NCBI GenBank assembly: GCA_031550435.1
Contig: JAVBOO010000024.1
Span: 823 to 64,822 of the forward strand
DNA: 64,000 bases
Reading direction: 5' to 3'
Origin: Eubacteriales bacterium
Lineage (GTDB): Bacteria; Bacillota; Clostridia; Lachnospirales; WRAX01
Positions 27,918 to 37,400 of the stretch are shown here, piece by piece; positions within the stretch are counted from its first letter, which is position 1, and every line of letters begins with the position of its first letter. The translations under genes and the position numbers were made by a program. Below the pieces are notes generated by a model. That model saw only the letters and a program-made list of their open reading frames with translations. It was not told the DNA's origin and did no database searches.

Positions 27918-28445
27918 ATGGCTGCTATGCTTTTTCTTTCAAATTTGATGATACCGTTAACGATAACGGCAATTGTCGCCTACGGACTGCTCAATAAATC
28001 AAACGTATACGAGAGCTTTCTCGACGGCGCAAAAGACGGTCTGAAAATCGTCGTTAACATACTTCCGACGCTAATCGGTCTCATGGTTGCAATCGGGATG
28101 CTTCGTGCCTCCGGCACTCTTGACCTTCTCGCAGGCTTCCTCTCACCCGTCACAAGAAGGCTTGGCTACCCCACGGAAGTTATGCCGCTTACACTCATGA
28201 GACTTGTATCATCGTCAGCAGCCACAGGGCTGCTCATCGATCTTTTTAAAAACTTTGGCCCCGATTCATTTATCGGCCGCTTTGTATCGGTTATGATGAG
28301 CAGCACCGAGACCGTGTTTTATACTATGAGCGTTTACTTTTTGAGTGTTAAAATAACAAAGACGAGATACACGTTAGCAGGAGCACTAATCGCGAATCTC
28401 GCCGGTATAATTGCTTCATTGTTTATAACACATTGGCTGTTTTAG
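27918..28445 (+). CDS. spmB: spore maturation protein B
   Basis: 175-aa polytopic protein immediately after spmA. Contains LRLVSSSAATGL. Confidence 0.8.
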   Translation: MAAMLFLSNLMIPLTITAIVAYGLLNKSNVYESFLDGAKDGLKIVVNILPTLIGLMVAIGMLRASGTLDLLAGFLSPVTRRLGYPTEVMPLTLMRLVSSSAATGLLIDLFKNFGPDSFIGRFVSVMMSSTETVFYTMSVYFLSVKITKTRYTLAGALIANLAGIIASLFITHWLF

Positions 28446-28446
28446 C

Positions 28447-29382
28447 TTATATCAGCATTCTCAGCGCTCCGCGCATAACTTCGTACTCTATCGGAGACTT
28501 GAACGTAAACATATTACCGTCGAGGTTCGTGTTTCTTACTCCCTCGAACTCCATAACAATTTTTTTGCAGTTATACTGCAAGACTTCCTTGAAACGCGTA
28601 TGCTTTCCCTTCATTGCCGAAGGAAACAGCACTAAAACCTTTAGCCTCGGCATATGTCTTACAAGGCAAACAGTCAGCTCTCCGTCGCCGAGGTCCGCCA
28701 TCGGAGCTATCATAAATCCGCCGCCGTAGAACCTTCCGTTGCATACGGCAGTGAGTAAAAATTTGTCATCCAAGCGTTTCCCGTCCGCAGTTACTCTCAC
28801 ACTGCTCGATCTGTACGTGAAAATTGTTTTGATGAGCGCCACTAAATACGCTGCTCCCCCGAAGGTCTTTTTTAGTTTCGGTACGGAAGCGGCAACCTCG
28901 GCGTCTATGCCGATCGAGCTTATATTCACAAAAAAGAACTGCTCAAAATCGTCCCGGCCTACCGGCTTTCCCTTGAGTGAAACGGCGTCGGTATCGACAG
29001 CCTTCGCCGTCAGGAGCTTTTTTGTGTAGCCCTTAATTTTCTGCTCGAAGCTGCCTTCTGTAATTCTAAATCCTTCGAGAGAACCGGCAAAATCATTACC
29101 GCTTCCGGACGGTATGAGGCCCATCGGTATGCCCGTGTTAAGCATAAGGGGCATTACCTCTTGTATAGTTCCGTCTCCGCCGACACAGATGACAGCCTTT
29201 GCTATGCCGAAATCGATAGCGCTTTTGATAGTTTCGGCATCCTTTGGTTTGTTTGTGTATATAAACTTATAATCCTGCCCGGCCTGCGTCATCACTTCCT
29301 CGATGTACGGAACGGCCTTGACACTCTTCCCTGAACCCGCGGCCGGGTTAACAATAAAATAGATCACAGTATCACCCTCCAC
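28447..29382 (-). CDS. diacylglycerol/lipid kinase family protein (YegS/DagK-like)
   Basis: 311 aa with N-terminal IVNPAAGSGK and the GGDGT motif (VGGDGTIQEV). Confidence 0.8.
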   Translation of the reverse strand: MEGDTVIYFIVNPAAGSGKSVKAVPYIEEVMTQAGQDYKFIYTNKPKDAETIKSAIDFGIAKAVICVGGDGTIQEVMPLMLNTGIPMGLIPSGSGNDFAGSLEGFRITEGSFEQKIKGYTKKLLTAKAVDTDAVSLKGKPVGRDDFEQFFFVNISSIGIDAEVAASVPKLKKTFGGAAYLVALIKTIFTYRSSSVRVTADGKRLDDKFLLTAVCNGRFYGGGFMIAPMADLGDGELTVCLVRHMPRLKVLVLFPSAMKGKHTRFKEVLQYNCKKIVMEFEGVRNTNLDGNMFTFKSPIEYEVMRGALRMLI

Positions 29383-29406
29383 GGTAATATAGTCTACCGG
29401 TAACAG

Positions 29407-30138
29407 CTATTGCTCATTCTCCCAGTTGTGATAGACGTTTTGCACGTCGTCTTCCTCATCTAAAAGGTCAAGAATTTTTTTCATTCTTTTTATCTCGTCC
29501 GGCTCGTTAAGCGCAGCATAGGTCTGAGGAATAAGCGTAACCTCGGCTGATACCATCGGAATCCCTTTTTTCTCGAGAGCTTCGCGCACGGCGGAAAAGT
29601 CTTCGGGCGATGTTGTTATCTCATAACCCTCTTCTTCAACGGCGAAATCCTCCGATCCCGAGTCAAGAGCGAGAAGCATCAGCTCATCTTCGTTTATCTT
29701 CTTATCTTTTTCGACCATTATCAGGCCTTTTTCGTCAAACATATATGAAACGCAGCCGCTGGTGCCCATATTTCCGTCGCCCTTGGTAAATGCGTTTCTG
29801 ACGTTTGCCGCCGCTCTGTTTCTGTTATCGGTTAGGCATTCGACAATAATTGCGACTCCGTTCGGGCCGTAGCCTTCATAAGTCACCGCTTCGTAGTTTA
29901 CACCCGATAGATCCCCCGCCGCTTTTTTTATGCTTCTTTCAATAGTGTCGTTAGGCATGTTCGAAGCCTTAGCCTTGGCGATACAGTCTCTGAGCCTCGA
30001 GTTTCCGGCCGGGTCCGCGCCTCCCGATTTGACGGCAACGGCGATTTCCCTTCCGAGTCTTGTAAATATCTTGCCTTTAGCTGAATCTGACTTTTCCTTC
30101 TTATGTTTAATGTTTGAAAACTTTGAGTGTCCCGACAA
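29407..30138 (-). CDS. yebC: YebC/PmpR family DNA-binding transcriptional regulator
   Basis: [32 protein letters not shown]... is the characteristic YebC N-terminus. 243 aa. Confidence 0.9.
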   Translation of the reverse strand: MSGHSKFSNIKHKKEKSDSAKGKIFTRLGREIAVAVKSGGADPAGNSRLRDCIAKAKASNMPNDTIERSIKKAAGDLSGVNYEAVTYEGYGPNGVAIIVECLTDNRNRAAANVRNAFTKGDGNMGTSGCVSYMFDEKGLIMVEKDKKINEDELMLLALDSGSEDFAVEEEGYEITTSPEDFSAVREALEKKGIPMVSAEVTLIPQTYAALNEPDEIKRMKKILDLLDEEDDVQNVYHNWENEQ

Positions 30139-30240
30139 ACTGCTTCCTCCTTAAAACTATATGTATAATCGTTTATAGTCGCCTAGCCGAAAGGCTTGTT
30201 TACTATAAGCAAAATTCCAAAATACTAGCGCTGCTCTTAT

Positions 30241-30283
30241 ACAAGGTAAACATTGATTAAATCACTTTGGCTGGATATCCGTC
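30241..30283 (-). repeat. family E tail fragment
   Basis: ACAAGGTAAACATTGATTAAATCACTTTGGCTGGATATCCGTC matches the reverse complement of the 3' tail of E2 (41420..41460). Confidence 0.55.
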
Positions 30284-30983
30284 AAAATATAACTTTCCCG
30301 TTATGGGCAAACCCAAAAACCTCGCCCTCACAAAAAACGAGTGCCCGGCCGCTCGTTATATCCGTCACCGCGACGGATACATCTTCTAACGCACGGCTTT
30401 CGCAAAAAACAAGCAGCTCGGCCTCAGATTCAAAAACCGTATTATTTACAACTGCGCCAAGCCTAAGCAGCTCATGCGAAATTTTCCCGTAAGACGAGTA
30501 ATCGCACAGTATTCTAAGCTTTGCAAACAGTTTTTTTTCGATAATTTCTGCCTCTGCGAGAGCCAGCTTTACCGCTCCCGAGTATGCCCGCGCCAGTCCT
30601 CCCGTTCCGAGAAGAACGCCGCCGAAATACCTTGTTACGACAACGATAATATTATACAGCTCCGAACCGGACAAAACCCCAAGCATCGGAAGCCCTGCAG
30701 TTCCGCCCGGTTCGCCGTCGTCCGAATAGCGCTCGTAAACACTGTCACCCAAAATTCTGAATGCATAACAGTTATGCGAAGCCGCAGAGTGCGTTTTCCG
30801 CACTCGTTCGAGTACCGAAAGAGCATCGCCTTCGCCGCTGATCGGGGCGAAATACGCGATAAACCGGGATTTTTTCTCTGTAAGCTCTGTTTCCGCAGGC
30901 TCTAATATAGTCTTGTACGCTCTTAGCATCATATCACCGTTTTTAACCGCACTGATTATATCACGAGTATATAGGCTGTTCAA
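30282..30983 (-). CDS. YigZ / IMPACT family protein
   Basis: KKSRFIAYF, ASHNCYAF and DDGEPGGTAGLPML motifs. The start is uncertain: TTG 30983, or ATG 30932/30929. Confidence 0.8.
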   Translation of the reverse strand: MNSLYTRDIISAVKNGDMMLRAYKTILEPAETELTEKKSRFIAYFAPISGEGDALSVLERVRKTHSAASHNCYAFRILGDSVYERYSDDGEPGGTAGLPMLGVLSGSELYNIIVVVTRYFGGVLLGTGGLARAYSGAVKLALAEAEIIEKKLFAKLRILCDYSSYGKISHELLRLGAVVNNTVFESEAELLVFCESRALEDVSVAVTDITSGRALVFCEGEVFGFAHNGKVIF

Positions 30984-31079
30984 GTAATTTCACCCGAACT
31001 AGGAAAGCGCTTTTCCCTGATTTTCCAACGCCTTGTCCGCACTGTGGCCATCTGCCCGGCAGACGCTGTTTGCGGCCGT

Positions 31080-31493
31080 TTAGCGCCCCCCATACTCTCC
31101 TTCTTTCCCGTTAATTTCTTCGAACACTGAATCCAGTTCCTCTTTGTGCATACGAATAATTTTTTTGAGCTTTTCTTCGTCGCGTTCATCGTCTCCCGTA
31201 AGCATGAAAGCAAACTCCCATGTCGGATTATAGCAATTGTCTTTTTCGGTAACAGCCACGCCCTCAGGTATAAAAATATCTGCATCGTAATAATCATATA
31301 CTGCGTCAAATTGCCAGTCCGAAACATCGGGAGTAGTCAGTTTAACATGCAGCTCAAAGTCATCGCCCTTTGAAACAGCAAAAACGTTGACCATCAAATC
31401 GGTATATTCCGCCAACTTAAACGAAGTCAGCTCTTTTTCCGGCAGGCCGGTTTTTTCGTCCGCCACCATAACCACAATTACAGTTTCATCCAT
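31080..31493 (-). CDS. hypothetical acidic protein
   Basis: The start is placed at MDETVIVV, with AGGAGA 7 nt upstream. No family recognised. Confidence 0.5.
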   Translation of the reverse strand: MDETVIVVMVADEKTGLPEKELTSFKLAEYTDLMVNVFAVSKGDDFELHVKLTTPDVSDWQFDAVYDYYDADIFIPEGVAVTEKDNCYNPTWEFAFMLTGDDERDEEKLKKIIRMHKEELDSVFEEINGKEGEYGGR

Positions 31494-31606
31494 ATACATG
31501 TCTCCTAACAAACTACTCGAGTTCAAGCGTTATCTCGGCAATAGATACATAGCCTCAAAGGTTTTACTCCGGCAACAAAATGCAGCATTTTATGTTCCCT
31601 CACACG

Positions 31607-31647
31607 CCGCATAAAGTACTTACACGGTATTTAACTTCCGCGTTAAT
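31607..31647. repeat. family B fragment B2 with its 13-nt core inverted relative to the arm
   Basis: CCGC-ATAAAGTACTTAC-ACGGTATTTAACTTCCGCGTTAAT, compared with CCGC-GTAAGTACTTTAT-GCGGTATTTAACTTCCGCGGTAAT at 57662..57702. Confidence 0.65.
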
Positions 31648-31740
31648 AGAAGCGCCGCCTGACTTCCTTCGTAACATTCTACTATTTATAAACATAGTGT
31701 TCAAGTATTAATTGTAAACACAATAAAACATTGGTATAAT

Positions 31741-31955
31741 ATTACCGCGGAAGTTATTGATCCCCCGATCAAACCATACGGTTTAATCACCCCTTATACC
31801 GGCCCTGCGAGCCTAAGGGGGGGGTGAGGCGACAAGTTTAGCGAATGATTTAATTGTCGCCCCAGTAACTGCTACATAAAATACTTACGCGGTTACTTAG
31901 GTCGAACAGACGCGCTTAGATGCGCCACAACGCTCCGATACGTCGGCTTTGTGCA
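31741..31955 (+). repeat. family B copy (B3) interrupted by family A copy A4
   Basis: ATTACCGCGGAAG (31741..31753) and CTGCTACATAAAATACTTACGCGGTTACTTAGGTCGAAC... (31869 onward) together align with the B consensus. The A copy fills the gap. Confidence 0.6.
31754..31868 (-). repeat. family A repeat, copy A4 (full length, nested in B)
   Basis: TTATTGATCCCCCGATCAAACCATACGGTTTAATC...CCTAAGGGGGG...GAGGCGACAAGTTTAGCGAATGATTTAATTGTCGCCCCAGTAA. Confidence 0.8.
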
Positions 31956-31983
31956 CAATAAATCCACATCCGGAAGTGATACG

Positions 31984-33225
31984 ATGATCTGCAAAAAATG
32001 TAAAACAGCATATAACGAAAAATCTCATTCCTGCCCTTATTGCGGTAAATATTCTGCAAAAAGCGGCAGGCTCAAAATAATTGCCGGCAGCTTCTGCTTT
32101 GTTTCGATTGTTTTGTTTTGCGGCCTATATATTTATGAAAAACCCAATTTGTCCCTAAGAGTTCCCGCCCCCGTTTCCTCGACGTCTCTGCCGGACGAAG
32201 ACCAAGAGGAAATGCCCGATTCCGATACCCTGCCGCCCGAAACTGTTTCTACGGAAAAGCCGCGCTCCGGTCAGGACAATTTTGCCATGCTCAACGAAAT
32301 ATGCGTCTCGCTCAACTCGTACTTTGACAAATTCTCGGTATATACTAATTTTATCTCCAAACGCGGTTACCTGTTTGATATGACCTCAAGCGACTATGTA
32401 ACAGTCGGCAAGCTTATAGATACCGGGCTGCTCGCGTCTTCGTACAAGAGCGCGCAAGTATACCTTCTTTTCCTGCGCCCGTCGGACTTCTCCGAGTTTA
32501 AAGAGTTGAAATTTTCTGACAGCAAGCAGCTCGAGCTTTTTGCCGCCTGTGAAACAACAGACGGAGTTGCGCTTGTTTCGCAAAATAACGCCGGCCTTTT
32601 GTACAGGGAAAACTACAACAGTCTCATTGCCAAATACAACTTCATTCATGGTGCGATAGAAACTCCCATAGCATCGGATGAACGTTATACGACCGCAAAA
32701 CAGGCGTTGTGTGGCTATTTCAACGTTGACGACATCGACATACGATACTTTAGCTGCGACGAGAAATACTCTGTTGTTTATGCTTCACACAAAAACGAAA
32801 GCAATATGCTTTACATGTTTGTGTTAAACAGTCTTGAGAATAAATTTGAGATACTTCTTAATAACATTGAGCAGTACACGAGCATGCAGTCCGAAATAAA
32901 TAAAAAAATCCCGGATTTTAATCCGGAACTTATTCCGCAATTGAATTATGCCAAGTACCAATCCGTTATGATGACGGATTACGGGGTTATAGAGGATTTT
33001 CTCGTTGCGGACGGCTATATTACCGAAAGCGGTCTGCCGTTTTCGTATATCTGCGGAACAAACAAATTTGCCTTTGCGAAAACCGCATCAGGCGACCTGT
33101 TTTTATGCTGGTTAAACTCGGCGGGGAAATGGACGGCAAAATACTGCTCCGACTATAAAGAAGCGGTCGTAATTCTCCGCCTGCACGACCCGAACCCGCC
33201 GCTGTTTATCCTGCTCCAAGAATAA
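31984..33225 (+). CDS. zinc-ribbon membrane-anchored protein, function unknown
   Basis: MICKKCKTAYNEKSHSCPYCGK (CxxC...CxxC), then a TM helix (IIAGSFCFVSIVLFCGLYIY), then an extracytoplasmic region of about 350 aa. The start is placed at ATG 31984. Confidence 0.55.
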   Translation: MICKKCKTAYNEKSHSCPYCGKYSAKSGRLKIIAGSFCFVSIVLFCGLYIYEKPNLSLRVPAPVSSTSLPDEDQEEMPDSDTLPPETVSTEKPRSGQDNFAMLNEICVSLNSYFDKFSVYTNFISKRGYLFDMTSSDYVTVGKLIDTGLLASSYKSAQVYLLFLRPSDFSEFKELKFSDSKQLELFAACETTDGVALVSQNNAGLLYRENYNSLIAKYNFIHGAIETPIASDERYTTAKQALCGYFNVDDIDIRYFSCDEKYSVVYASHKNESNMLYMFVLNSLENKFEILLNNIEQYTSMQSEINKKIPDFNPELIPQLNYAKYQSVMMTDYGVIEDFLVADGYITESGLPFSYICGTNKFAFAKTASGDLFLCWLNSAGKWTAKYCSDYKEAVVILRLHDPNPPLFILLQE

Positions 33226-33254
33226 GAGTGCCGCAAAACTCAGACTCTGCGTGG

Positions 33255-33361
33255 TTATTGAGGCGGCAATTAAACCGCTCGCTAAACTTGTCGACTCAAT
33301 CCACCTAGACCCGCAAGGCCTGAGGGGGTATTAAACCGCATGGTTTAATCAAGGGCAATAA
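33255..33361 (+). repeat. family A repeat, copy A5
   Basis: TTATTGAGGCGGCAATTAAACCGCTCGCTAAACTTGTCGACTCAAT...ATTAAACCGCATGGTTTAAT...GCAATAA. Confidence 0.8.
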
Positions 33362-33384
33362 CGCAGAAAAGCGAGTCCCTCATA

Positions 33385-33834
33385 CTACTCGTTAATATCT
33401 CCGTGTCTTATCATGCAGCTGTCTCCGCCGCATTTTACAGAGATATTTTCTATGGTCTCTCCGGCCTGCGCAGGTTTAAACGCCAGTTTTTCGAAGAAAC
33501 CGCAAGCATCGTGCGGTACAAAGGCGTACTGTGTCTTTGCTCCGCAATCGAAACACTTTCTTATCATTAGCCTTACAAGAAAATCGCCGATGTGATCCCC
33601 TCTGCTGTCCCCAATTACAGAAATTCCGTAGAGCACAAAGCTAAAGTCGGAAAGCAGTATACTTCCCGCGGCAACAGGTCTGTGATTGTCATACAGAACC
33701 AAATGCATCGAAGCGATATCGTTTTCGTTTGTAAACGTTTTCAGCCTCGGTTCGTCACCGCGGAATACCGCGTTTCTTACCGAGTTTACATCGGATAAAT
33801 CGTCAAAACCGTTAAACCATTCAGTAGAAATCAT
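33385..33834 (-). CDS. GNAT family N-acetyltransferase
   Basis: 149 aa. GISVIGDSRGDHIGDFLVRLMIRK has a GNAT motif-A-like layout. The call is weaker than for 15265..15801. Confidence 0.6.
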   Translation of the reverse strand: MISTEWFNGFDDLSDVNSVRNAVFRGDEPRLKTFTNENDIASMHLVLYDNHRPVAAGSILLSDFSFVLYGISVIGDSRGDHIGDFLVRLMIRKCFDCGAKTQYAFVPHDACGFFEKLAFKPAQAGETIENISVKCGGDSCMIRHGDINE

Positions 33835-33859
33835 ATCAGCACTCCAAATTTTCCGCCGT

Positions 33860-35752
33860 TTATGAGTACAGCACCGCCTTCATCATTCCGGGGCGTTCCT
33901 CCGCCTCCCGGTGAATCTCAAACGTTATGAGTCTGCGGCGCTGCTCGGCAGTATATCTGAGTTTCTCGAGAAAAGCAGCATCATCCAACAATCCGGCGCA
34001 CAACGGGCAATATCTTGTGCCGGCGCCTTCTTTAATTTCGGCAATAATCTCGTCAAACTTCTTTACTTCCGAATTCAAGTTACCGTAGGGATTGGTTCCG
34101 GCGGCAATTGAATCCGCAACCGCGATGATGTTAATAATATTTTTGTATTGTGATGCATGGAGGTCAAACTCCGGCGGATAGCCGCCTTTGTTGTCATAAT
34201 GCTTGTGGTGTCCGTATGCGACATCGTATATATATTTCAGGCTCGGTACATGCTCGAAAATCTCTTTTGCCACATCAACATGCTTCATAACCAGCCTTTT
34301 TTCGTGAGGTAAAAAGCTTCTCATGTTTTCGCTGAGAGAAAATGCGCTTCCCGCTTTGCCGATATCAAACGCAAGCGCTGTTTTAATTACTTTTCCCAAA
34401 ATGTCTGCCTTGTTTCTCCTGACTTCTCTCGCGTTCTTCTCCCCGTATATGCCTACAAGATAGCCCGGGTTAATGTCTATTAATTTCTCGACAAACAGGC
34501 ACGCAAGCTCGCTGACAATTCCCGAATGAACGTAGGTGGTAAAATCGTTGTGCACAGTCATACTCATCACAATGTTATAATACATTTCGCCGTCGGTCAC
34601 AAGGCTGCCCGCTATAAACGAAACAAGCGTTTCACTGACTATATACCTTGAAGTGTCCGCTCCGACACCCATGCAAAATTCGATGATGTTATACATCAGC
34701 CCTCGCAGTGCACCGCTCACATTTTCGGGGCCTTCCAGCATTGAGAGATACTCTCCGTAAGCCGATGGCAGGAAAATTCCCGTAAAAATTCCGTTTTCGC
34801 TGTAGTCGATCTTTCGCGACTTAACATACAGATTTTTCAGCATATCGACGAGTTTCTCTAGCGTAATTTTCCCGTAATGAAACGAAGCGGCAGAATAAAC
34901 ATATCGTATCTTGTTTTCACAATGCCTGTACTCTTCTTTACTCAACATGCTTGAACCCTGATATATCAAAGCATTTGCGCTGTCGTAAACTAGTTTGGAA
35001 AGCTCGTTTATGGCTTCAGGGTTATCCGAAAGTTCCGGTATTCTGCCCTTGTGCGCCTCGCGCAAGACTTCGAGCATGGAAGTAATGTTTTGATAAGTAA
35101 TATACAAAAAACGTCTGAACGGAAAATGAGGATCGAATTCCTTGATTTTCGGATTATTATAAAAATCAAGCGTTTCATTGCTCAAATTCAAGACCCCGCG
35201 CCAGTCCGTTCTTACATCGCCAATTTTTGATAAGAACAGGTTGCCTACGGACTTGCAAATATAAAGCCTTGTCTCTTCTTTCTCGATAGACCTGTATTTA
35301 AGCTTGTTTGCGTTAACAATTTCTGAAAGGCTTTCCTGAATTATACTCTTGAACCTGTTCTTATCCAGCCTGTACAGCACCGTGGCCCTGTGGTACACAA
35401 ACTTAACCAGCCTGTCGTTGTCATTGTTGATACGAGCGCGGTTTACAAGCGCGTCATACACCATGAACTCCAGCCCGTAATCCGTCTGCGCTTCCGAAGC
35501 TTCAAGATCTTGGCAAAACTTTATGAGCCGCTCCTCAATCTCGTCCGTAATCTTTACAAAATTCAAGAGTACGGGGAAAAGTTCGTTTTCAACGAGCCTG
35601 TTACATTCTTTTGCTATGTTTTTGATAGTAAAATAACGCCTTTCGAGCATAGCGTCAAGCTCATCCGGCGTATTAGCATGTGGAATAGGCATAAGCTGAA
35701 GCTTTGAATAACTGTTATTAAGTTCAATGATTTCGGTTAAGTAATCAGTCAT
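33860..35752 (-). CDS. HD-GYP-like domain protein with a degenerate HD motif and a large unknown N-terminal region
   Basis: 630 aa. The C-terminal third has ALAFDIGK (FD where HD is expected), GHHKHYDNKGGYP (compare HHExxDGxGYP) and AVADSIAAGT. Confidence 0.6.
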   Translation of the reverse strand: MTDYLTEIIELNNSYSKLQLMPIPHANTPDELDAMLERRYFTIKNIAKECNRLVENELFPVLLNFVKITDEIEERLIKFCQDLEASEAQTDYGLEFMVYDALVNRARINNDNDRLVKFVYHRATVLYRLDKNRFKSIIQESLSEIVNANKLKYRSIEKEETRLYICKSVGNLFLSKIGDVRTDWRGVLNLSNETLDFYNNPKIKEFDPHFPFRRFLYITYQNITSMLEVLREAHKGRIPELSDNPEAINELSKLVYDSANALIYQGSSMLSKEEYRHCENKIRYVYSAASFHYGKITLEKLVDMLKNLYVKSRKIDYSENGIFTGIFLPSAYGEYLSMLEGPENVSGALRGLMYNIIEFCMGVGADTSRYIVSETLVSFIAGSLVTDGEMYYNIVMSMTVHNDFTTYVHSGIVSELACLFVEKLIDINPGYLVGIYGEKNAREVRRNKADILGKVIKTALAFDIGKAGSAFSLSENMRSFLPHEKRLVMKHVDVAKEIFEHVPSLKYIYDVAYGHHKHYDNKGGYPPEFDLHASQYKNIINIIAVADSIAAGTNPYGNLNSEVKKFDEIIAEIKEGAGTRYCPLCAGLLDDAAFLEKLRYTAEQRRRLITFEIHREAEERPGMMKAVLYS

Positions 35753-35866
35753 CGGCTAAAGCATCCGCCTTTCCACAAGTCAAATTTCGTTTTATATATT
35801 TTTGTCAAATAAGCTCCGGGTGAGCTTTTACAACGGCAACAACGATTAATAATTGCCGCTGATCCG

Positions 35867-36424
35867 CTATACTCTTCCCAAGTATTCTCCGGTTCTTGTA
35901 TCGATTTTTATTCTGTCTTCTACATTAATAAACAAAGGCACATAGACCGTCGCTCCGGTTTCAACGATGGCGGGCTTTGTCGCCCCGGTCGCCGTGTTAC
36001 CCTTAAAGCCTGGCTCCGTCTCCGTAACAACAAGATCAACCTGCAACGGCGGCTCGATTCCGAATACCTTTCCGTTGTAAGAAAGAATCTTGACCATTTC
36101 GTTTTCTTTGATAAATTTAAGCTCATCACCGATGTCGCTGGCGTTTACGGCCGTCTGCTCGTAAGACTCAAGATCCATGAAATGAAATAACGTGTCGTCG
36201 GAATACAAATACTGCATATCCTTACGGTCTACATGCGCTCTAGGCATTTTTTCCGTAGGCCTGAATGTGCGCTCCGTTACGCCGCCGTTAATGAGATTTT
36301 TTATCGTCGATCTGACAAACGCCGCGCCTTTTCCGGGCTTAACGTGCTGAAAGTCAAGTATGACGTATACGTCCCCTTCGTATTCGATTGTAATTCCGTT
36401 TCTGAATTCTCCCGCTGAAATCAT
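35867..36424 (-). CDS. efp: elongation factor P
   Basis: [44 protein letters not shown]... 185 aa. Confidence 0.95.
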   Translation of the reverse strand: MISAGEFRNGITIEYEGDVYVILDFQHVKPGKGAAFVRSTIKNLINGGVTERTFRPTEKMPRAHVDRKDMQYLYSDDTLFHFMDLESYEQTAVNASDIGDELKFIKENEMVKILSYNGKVFGIEPPLQVDLVVTETEPGFKGNTATGATKPAIVETGATVYVPLFINVEDRIKIDTRTGEYLGRV

Positions 36425-36435
36425 TGTGATTCCCC

Positions 36436-36969
36436 CTATAGTATGTTTATTTGACGTAAATCTTTAATGATGTTATCCGCGCATTCCTCCGCAGTGATAT
36501 CATCGTTTTCCTCAACAATATCGCAATACGTCTTATACGTTTCTTCTCTCGATTTTAGCAATGCTCCGATCAGCTGCTTTTTATTCGTTCCGTTCAGGAG
36601 CGGTCTGTCAACGCCGTCATTTTCCGTGCGCAGGTATACCGTATCCGCACTGCAATGCAAATAAACCGCAATACCGCAGGACTTCAGCGTTTTTGCGCTT
36701 TCAGCGTTTGTCAGTGTTCCTCCGCCTGTCGCGATAACACAGTTCTCAAACGTTGAAGCTTTTACAGCCGACTGCTTTTCAAGTTCACGGAAAACGGCTT
36801 CTCCGCGATAACGAAATATATCGCCGATGGATTCGCCCGCAGCTTCTCTTATCATGTCGTCAATATCGAAAAAACTCATATTAAGCTTTCGTGCCAGAAG
36901 CTTCCCGACAGTAGTCTTTCCGCTTCCCATGAAACCTATAAGTACTATGCGACAACCCTTACTTTTCAT
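36436..36969 (-). CDS. aroK: shikimate kinase
   Basis: The start is at [23 protein letters not shown] (P-loop). It overlaps the upstream gene's stop by ATGA-type coupling. Confidence 0.85.
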   Translation of the reverse strand: MKSKGCRIVLIGFMGSGKTTVGKLLARKLNMSFFDIDDMIREAAGESIGDIFRYRGEAVFRELEKQSAVKASTFENCVIATGGGTLTNAESAKTLKSCGIAVYLHCSADTVYLRTENDGVDRPLLNGTNKKQLIGALLKSREETYKTYCDIVEENDDITAEECADNIIKDLRQINIL

Positions 36970-37306
36970 GCCTCGGTGTCCTTGAAACAAGAACGGCCGC
37001 CTTTGTAATGGCAGCAATTATGTCTACATCAAATTGCTGTTGCAGCGTACTCATTTTTGTATACAACTGACCTCTCTTTGTTACAACATACTTTGGTGGG
37101 AGAGAATTCAATGCGATAGCGAAAATGTCGTATCTGCAGGTTTCGCAAGTGCAGCAGTTCAAATCTTTGAGGATCGCGTCCATCATGTCCGAGACGCAGA
37201 TCTCCATGTAATTTCTTATATCATACACTCTATCACCGTCTTCCTGTAAATCCGCCTTCAACTTTTTGTTGTTATCGGCCGACATTCGACATACGCCCTT
37301 TCGCAT
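36959..37306 (-). CDS. ComFB family protein
   Basis: About 110 aa with the CCTCETCRYDIFAIALNSLPPKY motif typical of late-competence ComFB-domain proteins. The start may be the Met at 37285. Confidence 0.65.
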   Translation of the reverse strand: MRKGVCRMSADNNKKLKADLQEDGDRVYDIRNYMEICVSDMMDAILKDLNCCTCETCRYDIFAIALNSLPPKYVVTKRGQLYTKMSTLQQQFDVDIIAAITKAAVLVSRTPRHEK

Positions 37307-37400
37307 ATTTCATTATATATCGAATAACGGCTCATTACAGTTTAGTCAAATATTTTGGAAATTTATTCCTGCATTTAAATAGCTGGTATCGGTAATCCCA

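Noticed and set aside
30980-31327. ORF 30980..31327 (115 aa) between yigZ and the acidic hypothetical gene.
   Set aside because: It overlaps the better-supported 31080..31493 gene in another frame and has an odd composition. It is most likely spurious.
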